From NCBI GenBank assembly GCA_016748015.1, contig JAAOMT010000772.1, positions 189,541 through 253,540 on the forward strand: a stretch of DNA of 64,000 nucleotides, in the 5' to 3' direction. Below the pieces are notes generated by a model. That model was not told the DNA's origin, did not search any database, and saw only the letters and a list, made by a program, of their open reading frames with translations. Source of the DNA: Geosiphon pyriformis uo1. Taxonomy: Eukaryota > Fungi > Glomeromycota. Both the position numbers and the translations under genes were made by a program. Below are positions 27,901 through 39,917 of the stretch, one piece after another (the first letter of the stretch is position 1; each line of letters starts with the position of its first letter).

Positions 27901-29847
27901 GGATGTTAGAACTTGATCTAAGTGCTTCTGGAGGACCATTATATCCACGATTGGTACCTGTAGGTACTTCCAGATCCATGTCTCCATAGTCAAACTGTGA
28001 AGGATCAGTGATAGCAGGCTGAGGATTAGGTGGATGATTAGATGAAGATAAAAGGGGTTGAGAAAACATAGGTGGTGGTATTGAAGGTTGTGCCATTCCA
28101 TTTGGAGGTCCTTGCATTGAAACAACGTTCATGTTCGGATATGGTGGGATTGCTGAAACGGCTAATGGCTGCGGAATTGAATTAGCAGCAACAATATTAT
28201 TATGAACATTTGTGTTATTAGGTTGAGACGAAGATGTAATTGGATTTGCCAAGAAATCTGGTATATTCAAGTTCCCTTGTGTTATGGTGTTTAAGGTTGC
28301 CAACAGCGCATTTGAATCTAAAGTTGTTGGTAAAACGGTCGTTTGATCTGTCGGCAATTTGGTTTATTTTGACAAAGCAGTTCAGGAAGCAATAGGTCGC
28401 AAACGGATTAACCTTGGATTCCCTAAACAAGTCATCTCCAAATGAATTTAAGATTTAAACCAACACTTTACTTGATGTAGTATTCCTTAGACGTGGATCT
28501 CTCTCATTAGCCGTTAAAACAGCATTTCCATTGGCATATAAGTCAACTGTCGCCGACGATGCGTTTTCGGAAAAGAATTTTTCTTTTATTGCTAACAATA
28601 CCTCTTCCTTATATATTCCACTCTTTTTAAGCCAGATTTCAAGAACACGTTTGACTTTTTCCTGTATTTTTAGTATTGTATGAGTCATGGTATTAATATT
28701 CGAACCATAAAGACACTATAAACATTACGCCCACAATTACAGTGCCCTTTCATTTCAAAGAGGGGATCAGAAGATTTTTTTGATTTTTTTGACACTTGAG
28801 CTGAAATACAATCTAGAATTTTGAACTATGAATCAATTGTGAATATCGAATTCTACCATGGCTCGATAACCACTCTTGAAAAAATTTCATCCGAAGCAGA
28901 ATATTATGTTGAAAGTATCCACCTCGATGAGACGCTGAAGATTTAAGTGAGACCACAACAGAGGCATCAGAGCAATTTTTCAAGGAAGTCCTTGATGCGA
29001 AGCTTTGGAATTTCTCAGACATTGGTGACTAATCTTTCAGCCCTCGAAATACAAAAACTCAATAAAAAACTAATCGATCAACAATTGATACCTACTTTGT
29101 CATGCTCAGGACATTGCATAATGTTTGAAAACATCTCATCGAGTGTTTTCTCAAATCTTTCTAGGTATTCAACGCCCGACCAAGCCACACCCAGGTCTCC
29201 TTCTTTGTCAGTGGTTTTTTGTCGTGCAGCCGCCTGCGATATTGAATCAAGAACATATAATCCACCTAATTTGTAATCGGGCGCACATCTTTGAATGAAT
29301 TTTTGTACACTGTGCGCAATATTTTTGTATTGCTAATTGATAAGAATGAGCAATGTTGGATGCAAGTGAGGGGGAGGAAGATTAGAATTTATACAATTTA
29401 GGGTAGCTGGTTAAATCATTTCTGATTAAATGTTTAGCTATGAACATTCTCATTCTCATTCAGTTCAACACCATTGATAGCGCCATTCATTCGATTTCTT
29501 TAAATATAAATTGGACAAAGTAAGTGGCCGGCCAAATATAATCAAAAAACTATGTCCGATAATGGATCTAAAGTCAAATGCTGCGGATGCAGCTCATTAT
29601 ATTTGCTCCTTTTGAATATAACATACGAGTCAAAGTTTGCCCGAATAACTATTGATCGTTCTAAATAAAATGAAAATGAAACCCATCATTGCCCCAAAAC
29701 CCACTCATATGAACTAAAGCTAACCTTTGGACTAGTCATCGCAATTCTCGTCAAATCTTTAATTTTAGAGGCACTAGTGCCGGGTGGTTTTCGTTCAAGC
29801 AAAGTGTATAATAGCTTTTCAAAGCTTGCAATATCTTTCTCCGCCAT
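24991..29847 (-). CDS. NRD1: Nrd1/Seb1-like RNA Pol II CTD-interacting (CID) + RRM termination factor, ~8 exons
   Basis: Exons (-): 29847-29725, 29332-29096, 28661-28472, 28347-27897, 27457-26574, 26496-26396, 26311-26210, 26127-24991 (the exon 3/4 junction is less certain). CID: MAEKDIASFEKLL..PPGTSASKIKDLT..YKLGGLYVLDSI..EKVKRVLEIW. RRM: VLSRTLYVGNV..NAFVKM..RWGVGFGPKDC..SVIPLARLTETDKRW, the Nrd1/Seb1 hallmark. Confidence 0.9.
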
Positions 29848-30059
29848 TACACATTATCATTTAGCTTTGTGGATGAAAGGAGAGAGAAGCGGCTTTTAGA
29901 CAACAAAAAAACAAACAAAAACGAGTAAAAAGGAAAAAGAGGATGTTTTGAGATGTGTTCAATCATCGTCTTTGCTTATTGGACAAGCAGAACATCTAGG
30001 ACATCTATATGGGATCATGTGATATATATAACCCGACTTTTTTAAATATTAATAAATAA

Positions 30060-30700
30060 ACAGTCTTTATTTAGATTTCAACAAAAGATTTTTTATTTTA
30101 ACTAGATAATAATGGCAATGAAAGAATAATTGCATATGTTAGTAAAACTCTTAAGTTCACTAAAACCAGGTATTTTTCAACAAAATTAAAAACGGCAGTC
30201 TTTAAACACTTTTGACACTATCTTTAATCCAATAAATTTAATATTATTACTGATAATATTGAACTCAAATAGCTTCATAAAACATTAAAACTTAATGCCA
30301 AACCATTTTATTAAATAGAATTTTTAGTTAATTACAAGTATATCGTTTATTACAAACTAAAAAAACTATATACAAACATTAATAATCTTTTAAAAATAAT
30401 ATTAAATCTAATTTTTATATTAATAAACTTTTAACAAACAATAAATTCAGAAAACTACAACAATATTAAAAATTATTTGAAGATATTTACAATACTAAAA
30501 ACATGGTTTTCAAATAAAAATGCTTTTTACAATATTAAATAAAACAATATTATTTATTATTAAAATTTTAAAAACTTAATAATTAATTTAAATTAATTTA
30601 AAAATACAAAAAAAAATTTTATATAATATAAATTTTTTATGAATATATTTCAAAAAAAACAATATTATTTAAAAAATATTAAAACACTATTTTAGTCTTA
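30060..30700 (+). mobile_element. Eroded Gypsy pol remnant (RNase H to integrase N-terminus)
   Basis: Translates as LDNNGNERIIAYVSKTLK..KHF*HYL..FNIITDNIELK and INSENYNNIKNYL, matching 52891-53571 and MDPENYNNIKNYL at 52823. Lies ~210 bp upstream of the NRD1 ATG. Confidence 0.75.
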
Positions 30701-30829
30701 TATAAAAAAAATATTTTATAATATATTGATTTTTAATTGTTAAAAAAAATAATTTTATAAAATCTTTTAGTTTAATTAAAATTAGACAATTATTTAACAA
30801 AATTAAAATTAAACAATAAAAATTTAAAA

Positions 30830-33110
30830 AAACTCTTTGTTTTCTTAATTTTATGATCATGACTAGAACAAAGAGTAAAAAAGCTGCATCTGATATTTTT
30901 CCTAAGATATTTAATAAAATTTTAACCAAAAGAGCTTTTTCTGTTGTAGAAACAATTAGACAAAACATTTTAGAAGTCTTCCCTTTACTCAGTAATCATA
31001 AAAGGCTGTCTTTAGTAGCTACTAAAGCAACTTTTTTATCTTTAACTGGTTTTTTACCAGTTAAAGTTTTTTCAAAGAGATACACTTGGGTTAGTTTTAG
31101 TGTTGCCTTCACTCCAACTAAGAACCCAAAAGTTTTTAATAATAGACTTGTAAATAAGCTGGTCTTCTCTTCTCTTGCTTCAACACCTGATGCTGCTAGT
31201 ACCATCTCTTCAAAAAAAATGGTCAAAAAGACCAAAAGTTCAAAAAAATGATAACAGTTATTGCCTTTGTTATTGTTATATTGAACTCTTTTATGATATC
31301 CAATAAGATTTTAGGTAAGATCTCCATAGTATTATTCAGCATGTCATCCAAGATGAGCCAAGATCAACCACTGGCTGTGTTGTCTAATATGGTGTTTTTT
31401 GGCAGATTTTTGCCAGTTTTAGAAGCAAAACAATTATTTCCTATGATATTACCTGTTCTTAAGAACTGGGCTAACCAAATAGAAACTGAATCATTTTCTC
31501 CTCTGATTTCTGGTGCTACCACTGGTAGTGCTTGAGAAACTATTATTAGTTATTAAAGGTTTGCTGAATGAATGGTCTCCATTCTGGTATTTGGTACTAT
31601 TTTTAAGATCAAATTATCTCATATTAAGACTGTTTTTCAGTTAGTACATAGTTTTTTAAGTGCAAAATCAGTATTAAAAGACAATGTAAAGCTGTTTTGT
31701 GTGGAGTTTGCTTCTCAAGTGTCTTTGGAAACTGTATTTTGGTTAAACTTACAAGTTTTGTATATTTGGTTACCCTTAAAATTGTCAAGTCTTTGGTGGT
31801 TTCTGAGTCTGGTTCCTTTTCTGCTGCTGTTATACTGCATGATGTGTCTTTGGATGTGTCTGCTGCTAATATTAAGACAGTTTTCAATGTGTTTGATGGT
31901 GTTACTCATGTTGTGCTAAAGCCTGCTGGTATTTGGCAATATATAGTGGTTTATTTTGAGAAATTAGATTCTGCTGTGTTTGCTTTGAATCATTGATCAG
32001 TCTTAATGGGCAAAAATAATGTTAGAATTTTCCCTCTGGTAAATCAAAATGAGACTATTTTGTCTTGTAATAAGTTTAAGGCCAAGTTGGTTAATTTTTT
32101 TTCTAGATATACAGCTTTTGAAATTAGTAATATGATTTCTTAAGTTAGTGGTCAGACATGTTTTATCTTTTGTTCTCTTGAGTTTGGTCATTATTTCTGA
32201 TTTGCTCTGATTATATTTGGTTTCCAAGCTGATTTAAATTCTGCTATTGTCAAAACTAGTACACTGAAAAAATACCATATTTAGTAGGAAACTCCTAAAT
32301 GTTGGTATTGTTTCAAGTATTAAGAGCTAAACTATCTGGCTGCAAACTATAAAGTTTCTCTATCTTTCTCTTCCAAGTTTCTTAAGATGTTTACACCATA
32401 TTTTGTTGGTTCTAAATCTTATGCCAAGGCTTTTGCTTTCTTGAGCTCTTCTGAATTTTTATCTTTGTCATTTCTTGCCTCTTCTCTAGTTGTTATTGGT
32501 GATTCTTTGGTGCTGTTCTGATTGTCTTCTTTAGAATCTGATTTAACTAAGCTTTCTGTTTTGGTTGAGTCTATTGTTAAGCCTATTGGCTTTTTGATTA
32601 CAACTTTTGAACAGTTTATTAATGGAAATTTGGTCTTAAGCAGTAAACTTGGCCTTAAAATCAATAAAATTATGGTGTATATAAGTTTTTTTAATAAAGT
32701 TGTTAGTAAGTTGAAGAGAAAAATAGTTTCTTTAAAAAAAAAGTGTTGCATAGAAAATATTGATATGTTTGATAATTTGGAGCATCTTGTTAGTTTAAAT
32801 AATAAGGTGTTTTCCAACTTGATGTCATTTTGGAAACATAAATCTATTGATGTTAAAGCTAATGCCTTAAAAACAGTTGAATGGCTGATTAGATTGGTTC
32901 CCTATAGTGCCACTTTGTTTTTTGTTATTCAAAAGATGTTATCTTTGGGTAAGTTTTCTTTTAGTGCATCAACATAGTATAGCCTAAACTGGCTCGAGTA
33001 ACTAATTACATATAGAAAGTACATGAACTATATTTAGCTCTGGAATTCTTAATTTGTTCCTAATTTTTAGATAGTGATTGGACCTTACTTATTAAACTCT
33101 AATAAAAAAA
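30830..33110 (+). mobile_element. ORF1-only non-LTR element (HAL1-like non-autonomous LINE derivative), degenerate
   Basis: One broken ORF 30853-32977 with RRM-like segments (AVILHDVSLDVSAANIKTVFNVFDGVTHVVLKPAGIWQYIVVYF) and a decayed CCHC knuckle (~32300-32350); no APE or RT. The 3' tail 32978-33110 is homologous to the LINE tails (tagatagtgattgga..acttattaaa) and ends in AATAAA/poly(A). Confidence 0.7.
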
Positions 33111-36100
33111 TAAAAATTAAATAAAAATTAATTTAGTTAAATTATTACTTATTACAACAACAAAAAAAATATTATTTAATATTTTTCTCTTTTTTATTTT
33201 TATAATTAAAGCAAAAAATAAAAAAACTGTAATTATTTTATTATTTAAAACAATTAATAGTAATTAATTGGTTTTTTGTTGTTTTAAAAATACTTTTTTT
33301 ATTTTTGGTTAAAAATTTTTTATTTTTTAATATTTTTTAAAGTTACTTAAAATAATCTTAATATTATTTTTGTTTTCTTTAAAAGTTTTAAATGTTTAAT
33401 AAAAATTAATAATTAATTAATTTTTTTTTTATTATTTTTTTATTATTATTTAAATGACCAAAAAAGTTAAAGTATTTTTTTTTTAATAATAATTTTTATA
33501 AAATATTAAAAAATTTTAATTTTAATATTAATCTTAAATAAAAAATAAAGCTTTGGTTTTTTCTGTCTTTTTTGGTTTTTTTATTAATTTTTTATTATTA
33601 ATACTAATTATAATATTAATTTTATTGTAACTATAAATAAAAAAATTTATTTTAAATAACAATAAATTATTTTTTTTATTACATATTTTAATAAGTGAAA
33701 TCCAATCACTATCTAGTATATAGAATCAAACTAAGTGACACAAACTAAATACAACTTATGCACTTACTATATATAACTAATCACTTAAACCAGACAAGAC
33801 AACATTACACACTTATACTAATTCATATATTACCACTCAGACTAAAAAAGAAATGATATGATTTGTGATAACTAAAACTAATAGCAAAAGACTCAACAAT
33901 ATCAAGCAACCTAACCACCTTATTAGACAATATTAAGGACACACTATAAGACACCCCAGAAATTACACTACTATTACAAGCCAAATCAATTTTTTCTATT
34001 CTCACTCTGTGCTCAGACCTTATTAACTATGCCTTAGCATAATGCAATTCAACAACAAATCTTACATATTTGACAATTCTAACAGCAGTCTCTTTTTTAT
34101 TCTTAAAAATACCAAAAGCCTCCTTGTACTACTCCTTCAACACAAACCTTTTATATACCATAATATACAAGTCAATGTTCCTTGAACATTGAGAAAAAAC
34201 CTGTAAAACAACAGAAAAAAACAAATCATGAACACCAGCCAAAGCAGTTTACCATACAGAAGTCTCAACTAAAATCTTACCACATATAACAACATTCTGA
34301 ACACAAGTAAAAGCATAATTCAAAAACTCTACTTTATCACACAGCAAACACAGCACACCAGGATAATCTTTATTATACAATCTTTTTCTAATCACTACTG
34401 ATAGTTGTCTATGTATGGCTTTTATCAGATATATGCACAAACTGAAAGACTTCTGACTAGTAAATCCAAAAAGCATATGAAAATTAGAGTGTATATTCAA
34501 GACTGAAAAGTACACAGCTGCACCATTAGTGATATTAGCAGAGCCAGTACTCCTTAATGAACTATTTATATACACCTCAAAAAAACCAAACCAAATCTTA
34601 TGCAAACTATTTCTTATAGCAAACAGTTTCTCAGACTTTAAAATGTTCAAATCATGCAACTGAGCAAAGTTAGCACAGCTAAATAAAAACAAAACTTGAT
34701 TTATTAAATACTTAGATAAAATCTTAAATCAATGAGAAACAAGGCCTTGTAGATCCAGTCTCTTCCAATAACAAAAAGTCTTCTAATCCAACATATTGCC
34801 TTTTTTATCAACAAGCCAATTATTAAAAACAATTCCAAAGTGTTTTAAAGAATGAACGAAATCAAAATACAAAGCTTTTCCAAGAATCAGTAATATTGAA
34901 AAATGACCAGAACTATAAAAAATGTTAAAAAGATTGTTTATTAAAAAAAACTTACTGCCCAAAAAAATTTTTATCATTCCAGCCAAAAAATTGTTTACTG
35001 AACTAACATGTAACTTGACAGAAAATTGCAAAAAGTTCAAAGAAGCCCACCATAAAATCTATAAGTCCAAGAATCTATAATTAAATAACCATCCAAAAAT
35101 GCCTAAAGTATTAGAAAAAGACACCAAAAAAGTCACTTTTTCTTCAGATTGCACCTGCTTAAAAAGTTTTAAGCCATACAAAAAGAAATAATATAGAGCT
35201 GTATTAAGAAAATTACAGAACAGACATGCTTTAAGTTTAAGATCTTTCCTAATTATGGCATTTTATTTGCAATATACATTAGCTAAGACAAAATTAAACT
35301 GAATCTAGTAGCCAATTATAAATTACAAGACAGTTAACACCAAATATGAAAATTGTTTATTCATAATAGTTTTTCTAAGAACAATATTAACAAAGAATTA
35401 AACATCAGAATAAGCTTTGAACACACTTGGCTTGGATAACTCTTTAGTAAACAAAAAAATCCCCAGATAACAATATGCTTTATCTTTTTTGGCAATTAAA
35501 ATTGGCTAATTATTAATATTCAAAGAAGCAATTCTAATTCTCTGATTAATGAGAATAACCACCATTTTTTTATTGTTGATAGAAATATCATTGATATCAA
35601 AAAACTTATTAATAATGTTCAAAGTATATTAAGTAGTAGCTTGACAATTTCTGACCCAAATTGTGTCATCAACAAATGTGTTAGCAGCAAAATAAGAAGT
35701 CATCCTATTACTATTCTCAATTTTGTTTGTTTTTAAAACAAACTTAGTATCAATCTGGTACTCACACAATTGTTTATGCCTCTTAACTTCACATAAAAGC
35801 AGATCATAAAAAATCTTCTAAAGAAAAAGCAAAAAAACTTTATCTTGATCCAAACTATTATGCACTCTATAGTTATCTGACAAGCCAAAATCAGTTATTA
35901 CTCTGTTAATCCTATCTTCATATATATTGCCAAAAACCCTTATAAATCTGTTACATATCTTAATTTATTATAAGCTAGCTTTTAAGTAATATCACCCAAC
36001 AGAATCATATGCTTTATGTATATCTTGTAAAACCAACTAAAATTTCTTATTTTTTTCGAGAGCATCCTCAATTATTGACCCAACAGCAAATACAGAAAAC

Positions 36101-39059
36101 TGTGTGGATATACCCTTTAACACTGAAAAGTTATTATTATAAAAAACACCAAACTTGCTATATGCAAATGAAATATAATCAGATAGAACTTTAGAGAAAA
36201 TTTTCCTAGCAGTCTCAATTAAAGCTATAGATTGAGTGTTTGTAAGAACTCTATCTTAGTTGTAAAGTTTAGGAATTATTAAAACTTATGTTTCTTCTAT
36301 AAAGCAAAAATACTATTAACAGCCAAACATGCATTTAACAGCATTAAAAACCACCTCAAAACTTTATTACCACTATGTTTTCACAGTTTATTAGGAATGC
36401 TAAACAATCTAGCAGCTTTGTTATTAGACAGACTATTAACAACTAAGAACAAATTACTTATACCAATAAAGTGCATTACATCAGAAAAAGCATCATTTTT
36501 TACATAATTCAACAGTATATATTGTCAAGTCTAGAGATTAGGTAACACTAAAAGCACCCTCTGCTCTCTCATCCAACTCTCTATAATCTTATCAACACTG
36601 TGCTTTACCTCATTTAGCTTTAAAACCAACTTATTATCTATCACTAAATAATCTAAAACCATCTTGTGAAAAAGCTTGTCCAAAATACTCTTTATTATGT
36701 TTTTTTTATTCAAACAAAAGCTCTCTATGTGTCTGTTAATAGCCTTCCTAATAGACATCTCTTCAGCCAATTTCAATTCATAAAGCTTGGACTTTCTGTA
36801 CTTCTTTTGGACCATTGACAAATGTTTAAGAATATCCATTAATCTTCTATTATGTTAAATTATGTCCATAATCTTACAAGCCTCAGCAGAATTCAGAGTC
36901 AACTATTTTTTAATAAAATGCTCAAAATCTAGCATATTACTTGAGCCCAATCTCTTAACAATCTTGGCAATTAACAATTTTAATCCAAAAAATTTTGAAA
37001 ATTGTTTGTTTCTTAAACACTGATATATACTAAACCAATATCTAAAGAATGTTTCATTAGCTGATTTCACCACTCTCTCCAACAACTTCCACATTATATT
37101 TAAATCATCACAAGCCTCTACCACTGAGAACTTACTCTCTATTACTAATAATTTAACTATAAAGCACTCTCTAAATTCTGTCTATTTAGTGCCATCCACA
37201 TTCTTGATCTTAAATTTTCAATGGTTTTTGTTAGCCTGCTTGCACAAGCTATTTAGACAAACATCCAAAAGTCCACCCAAGCCAATAGACATCATAACAA
37301 TTTTATGATTAGTGTTAAAAAAACCAGAAACAGAGCTAATCTTATGACCAACAACAGCTAAAAACAAATTTCCACCAACAAAAATATAATTAATAGTTTT
37401 CTTAACTCCTTATAAATTGCTCTACATAAAAGCTTTGGCTAAATGATGGCCAGAAAACAAATTGACCAAATCCAATCCAAACAAAACTTGAAACTTGCAC
37501 TCCACTCAGACCTATTTTTGTTAAAATTACCACTCAAAACCACAAAAGTGCTGGAGTTGACAGCTTTTACAATGATGGAGTTTATCTTTGAAGCCAGTCT
37601 AAATCTGGTTTCAGACAAAACACTAGCATACAAACCAAGAACCATAACTGAAAGCTTGTTTTTAAACAGAAGCCATATTGAAATAATCTGATCAGGAATT
37701 TCTTCCACTTTAGAAACATGATGAACCAAAAAATTGTTTATAATAAAGACTACTCCAGCACCAAAAATTCTCTTTTTCAAACTAAACATAAAGATACACT
37801 TTCAAACTTATTATTAATCAATGATTTAACACTTGATTACAACTTAGTTTCCATAATAAAAGATATCATATTATCTAAACTCATATGTTATCAAACAACA
37901 TTCTTCTGCTTGGCAGAGATATTGATACTCAGAACATTACACATAGTAAATTTTCAAATCAGATTACTTATTGAGATGTAGAAAAAGTTAATAAACCCAG
38001 ACCAGTACACAAATAATCCAATCTCTCCAAAACCAAATTTACTGACACTTCCAAAGCCATTGTTTTTGACTTCAAACCATCCACTTTGGAGATTAAAACT
38101 CTAAAACTACTTGAGCTAAAGTTTGCAACTGTACTATCAACAACTGAAAAAAAAGAGACAAATGACATTAATGCACCATCCAAAGCCATATCCACATCCA
38201 AACTTGAAACCAAAGACTCAGAAATGACCAAAAAAGGAACATAAAAGGAGAGTGCCAATAGCATTAATTTAATAAAACTTAATTTTCTTAAAATACCAGA
38301 CACCTGATTAGCCAAAAGCTCTAAAGAATTCAAATAATCAATCAAACAAAAAATGTCAAGAGGACTAGAAACTATTAAGATAAGTTTTATACTTGAAAAT
38401 GAACCAACATCAAAAAAATCTGACAATACTACATGAGAAGAAGAGTCACCAGCAATTTGGGCCCATGTTTTGCCATTAAAAAAAACTGAATAATTAATAA
38501 GTATCTGTTTTTTCTTATAAATATTGGCTAGACAGATCTGATCCTGAAAAGTTACCATCTACTTACCATAAACACCAGAATTTTCATTTACTGAACAATC
38601 AACAAAAACATAATCAGATTGTTTGCAACTAGTATAGCAAGCCAAAAATAAAACAAATTACAGCACACCTATTGCAAACATATGTAACCAGATTATGGCC
38701 AATAAAACAAATTTTTCTATCATATAATACCAACAATTCAGACAAATCATAAGCTGTTGTGTTGACTGAAAGAGTATACAACAAAGTCTAAAACTGATTT
38801 TTTAAAATTCATGATTGTTTATCCTCAACTGCCAAAGTCACATGCACAGAGTTTTTTTTTATAAGCATTAACTATTTAAAAGCAACTAATCTGACAACAT
38901 CAAATGATTTAAACTTAACTAAGGCCTTTTGCCAAAGACCAATCAATTGCAATTTGATTAAAACTATTTTGCCAAATTTGGAAAAGACTAATTCCAAAGC
39001 CAATTTTAGAAAATCAACTGGAATTTTTTTGACAATTATTTTCTGATTCGAATGGCTGT

Positions 39060-39917
39060 TGTTACAGGTAATTATTTCTGCTGTCAAATTAAATAACAAA
39101 CCCATAACTTGGTGCTCAAAGCTAATGCAGTTGATATTGATCTGAAAGTTTTGGTTGAGTCCTTTGTATAATGGACAGAGATTCAATAGTGTTGATAGTA
39201 GATGTATCTTTCCAAGAGTTTTCCCAATTTCTTTCTCAGCATGGTGGCCGAATTTAGTCTGGCAGTCATGCTTTTCTGGTAAGCTATCCGATAATATCTA
39301 TAAAATTCTATTCTTATTTCTGGGTCTTTTACTAGGCTATCCTTAACATTAATAACTCAGCACTTAATCTTTTAATCAATTAGTATACAACAACAAAATC
39401 AAAAAATGAAAGAAAATAAAATAAAGAAAAATAAAAGTAAAGAAAGTAAAGAAAATAAGCCAAGACAATTTGGTCTGTTAGTATCTCGTCAATAGCCATG
39501 ATCAAAAGCTATTGTTCCAGTGTGGTTAAGTATCAATTACTATCAACATGAAGTGTTGATAGTGGAGAGTGGATTGAGATATGGAATGATTATTTATTTG
39601 ATGATTAGTTTCTTGGCTAAGAATTCTGTGATATCGATTCTGTCTTTTCTGTTTCTAATACTACTGCTATATATACATAATTGAGATTCCTCAATTCCTC
39701 GATTTTTTACAACAGGAATCCTGGAATTCCTGGAATTCTGCGATTTATTTGAGAAGAATCCTGCAATTCTGGAATCCTGCAATTCCTCATTGAGAATCCT
39801 GAAATTTCTGGAATTCTGCAATTCCTGAGAGGAATCCTGAAATTCCATATTTACTATACTTACTTCTAATTGGCTAATAATTATGCTAATATAATTCCTA
39901 TATTTCTATGAGTAACA
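39060..39917 (-). mobile_element. Solo LTR (858 bp) inserted in LINE ORF1
   Basis: TGTTAC...GTAACA termini; exact 4-bp TSD CTGT (39056-59, 39918-21). Excision restores the LINE ORF1 reading KINSHSNQKIIVKKIPVD. Homologous to the LTRs at 60713 and 61954. Confidence 0.9.
39683..39846. repeat. Degenerate GAATCCTG/GAATTCCTG tandem array in the solo-LTR U3
   Basis: More than 10 copies of GAAT(T)CCTG/CAATTCC-type units; this is the source of the spurious MEFQDSSQELQNSRNF ORF. Confidence 0.8.

Noticed and set aside
39594-39848. ORF MEFQDSSQELQNSRNF... and a CRISPR-like look of the repeats
   Set aside because: It is a translation of short degenerate U3 tandem repeats; there are no unique spacers or cas genes and the context is eukaryotic.
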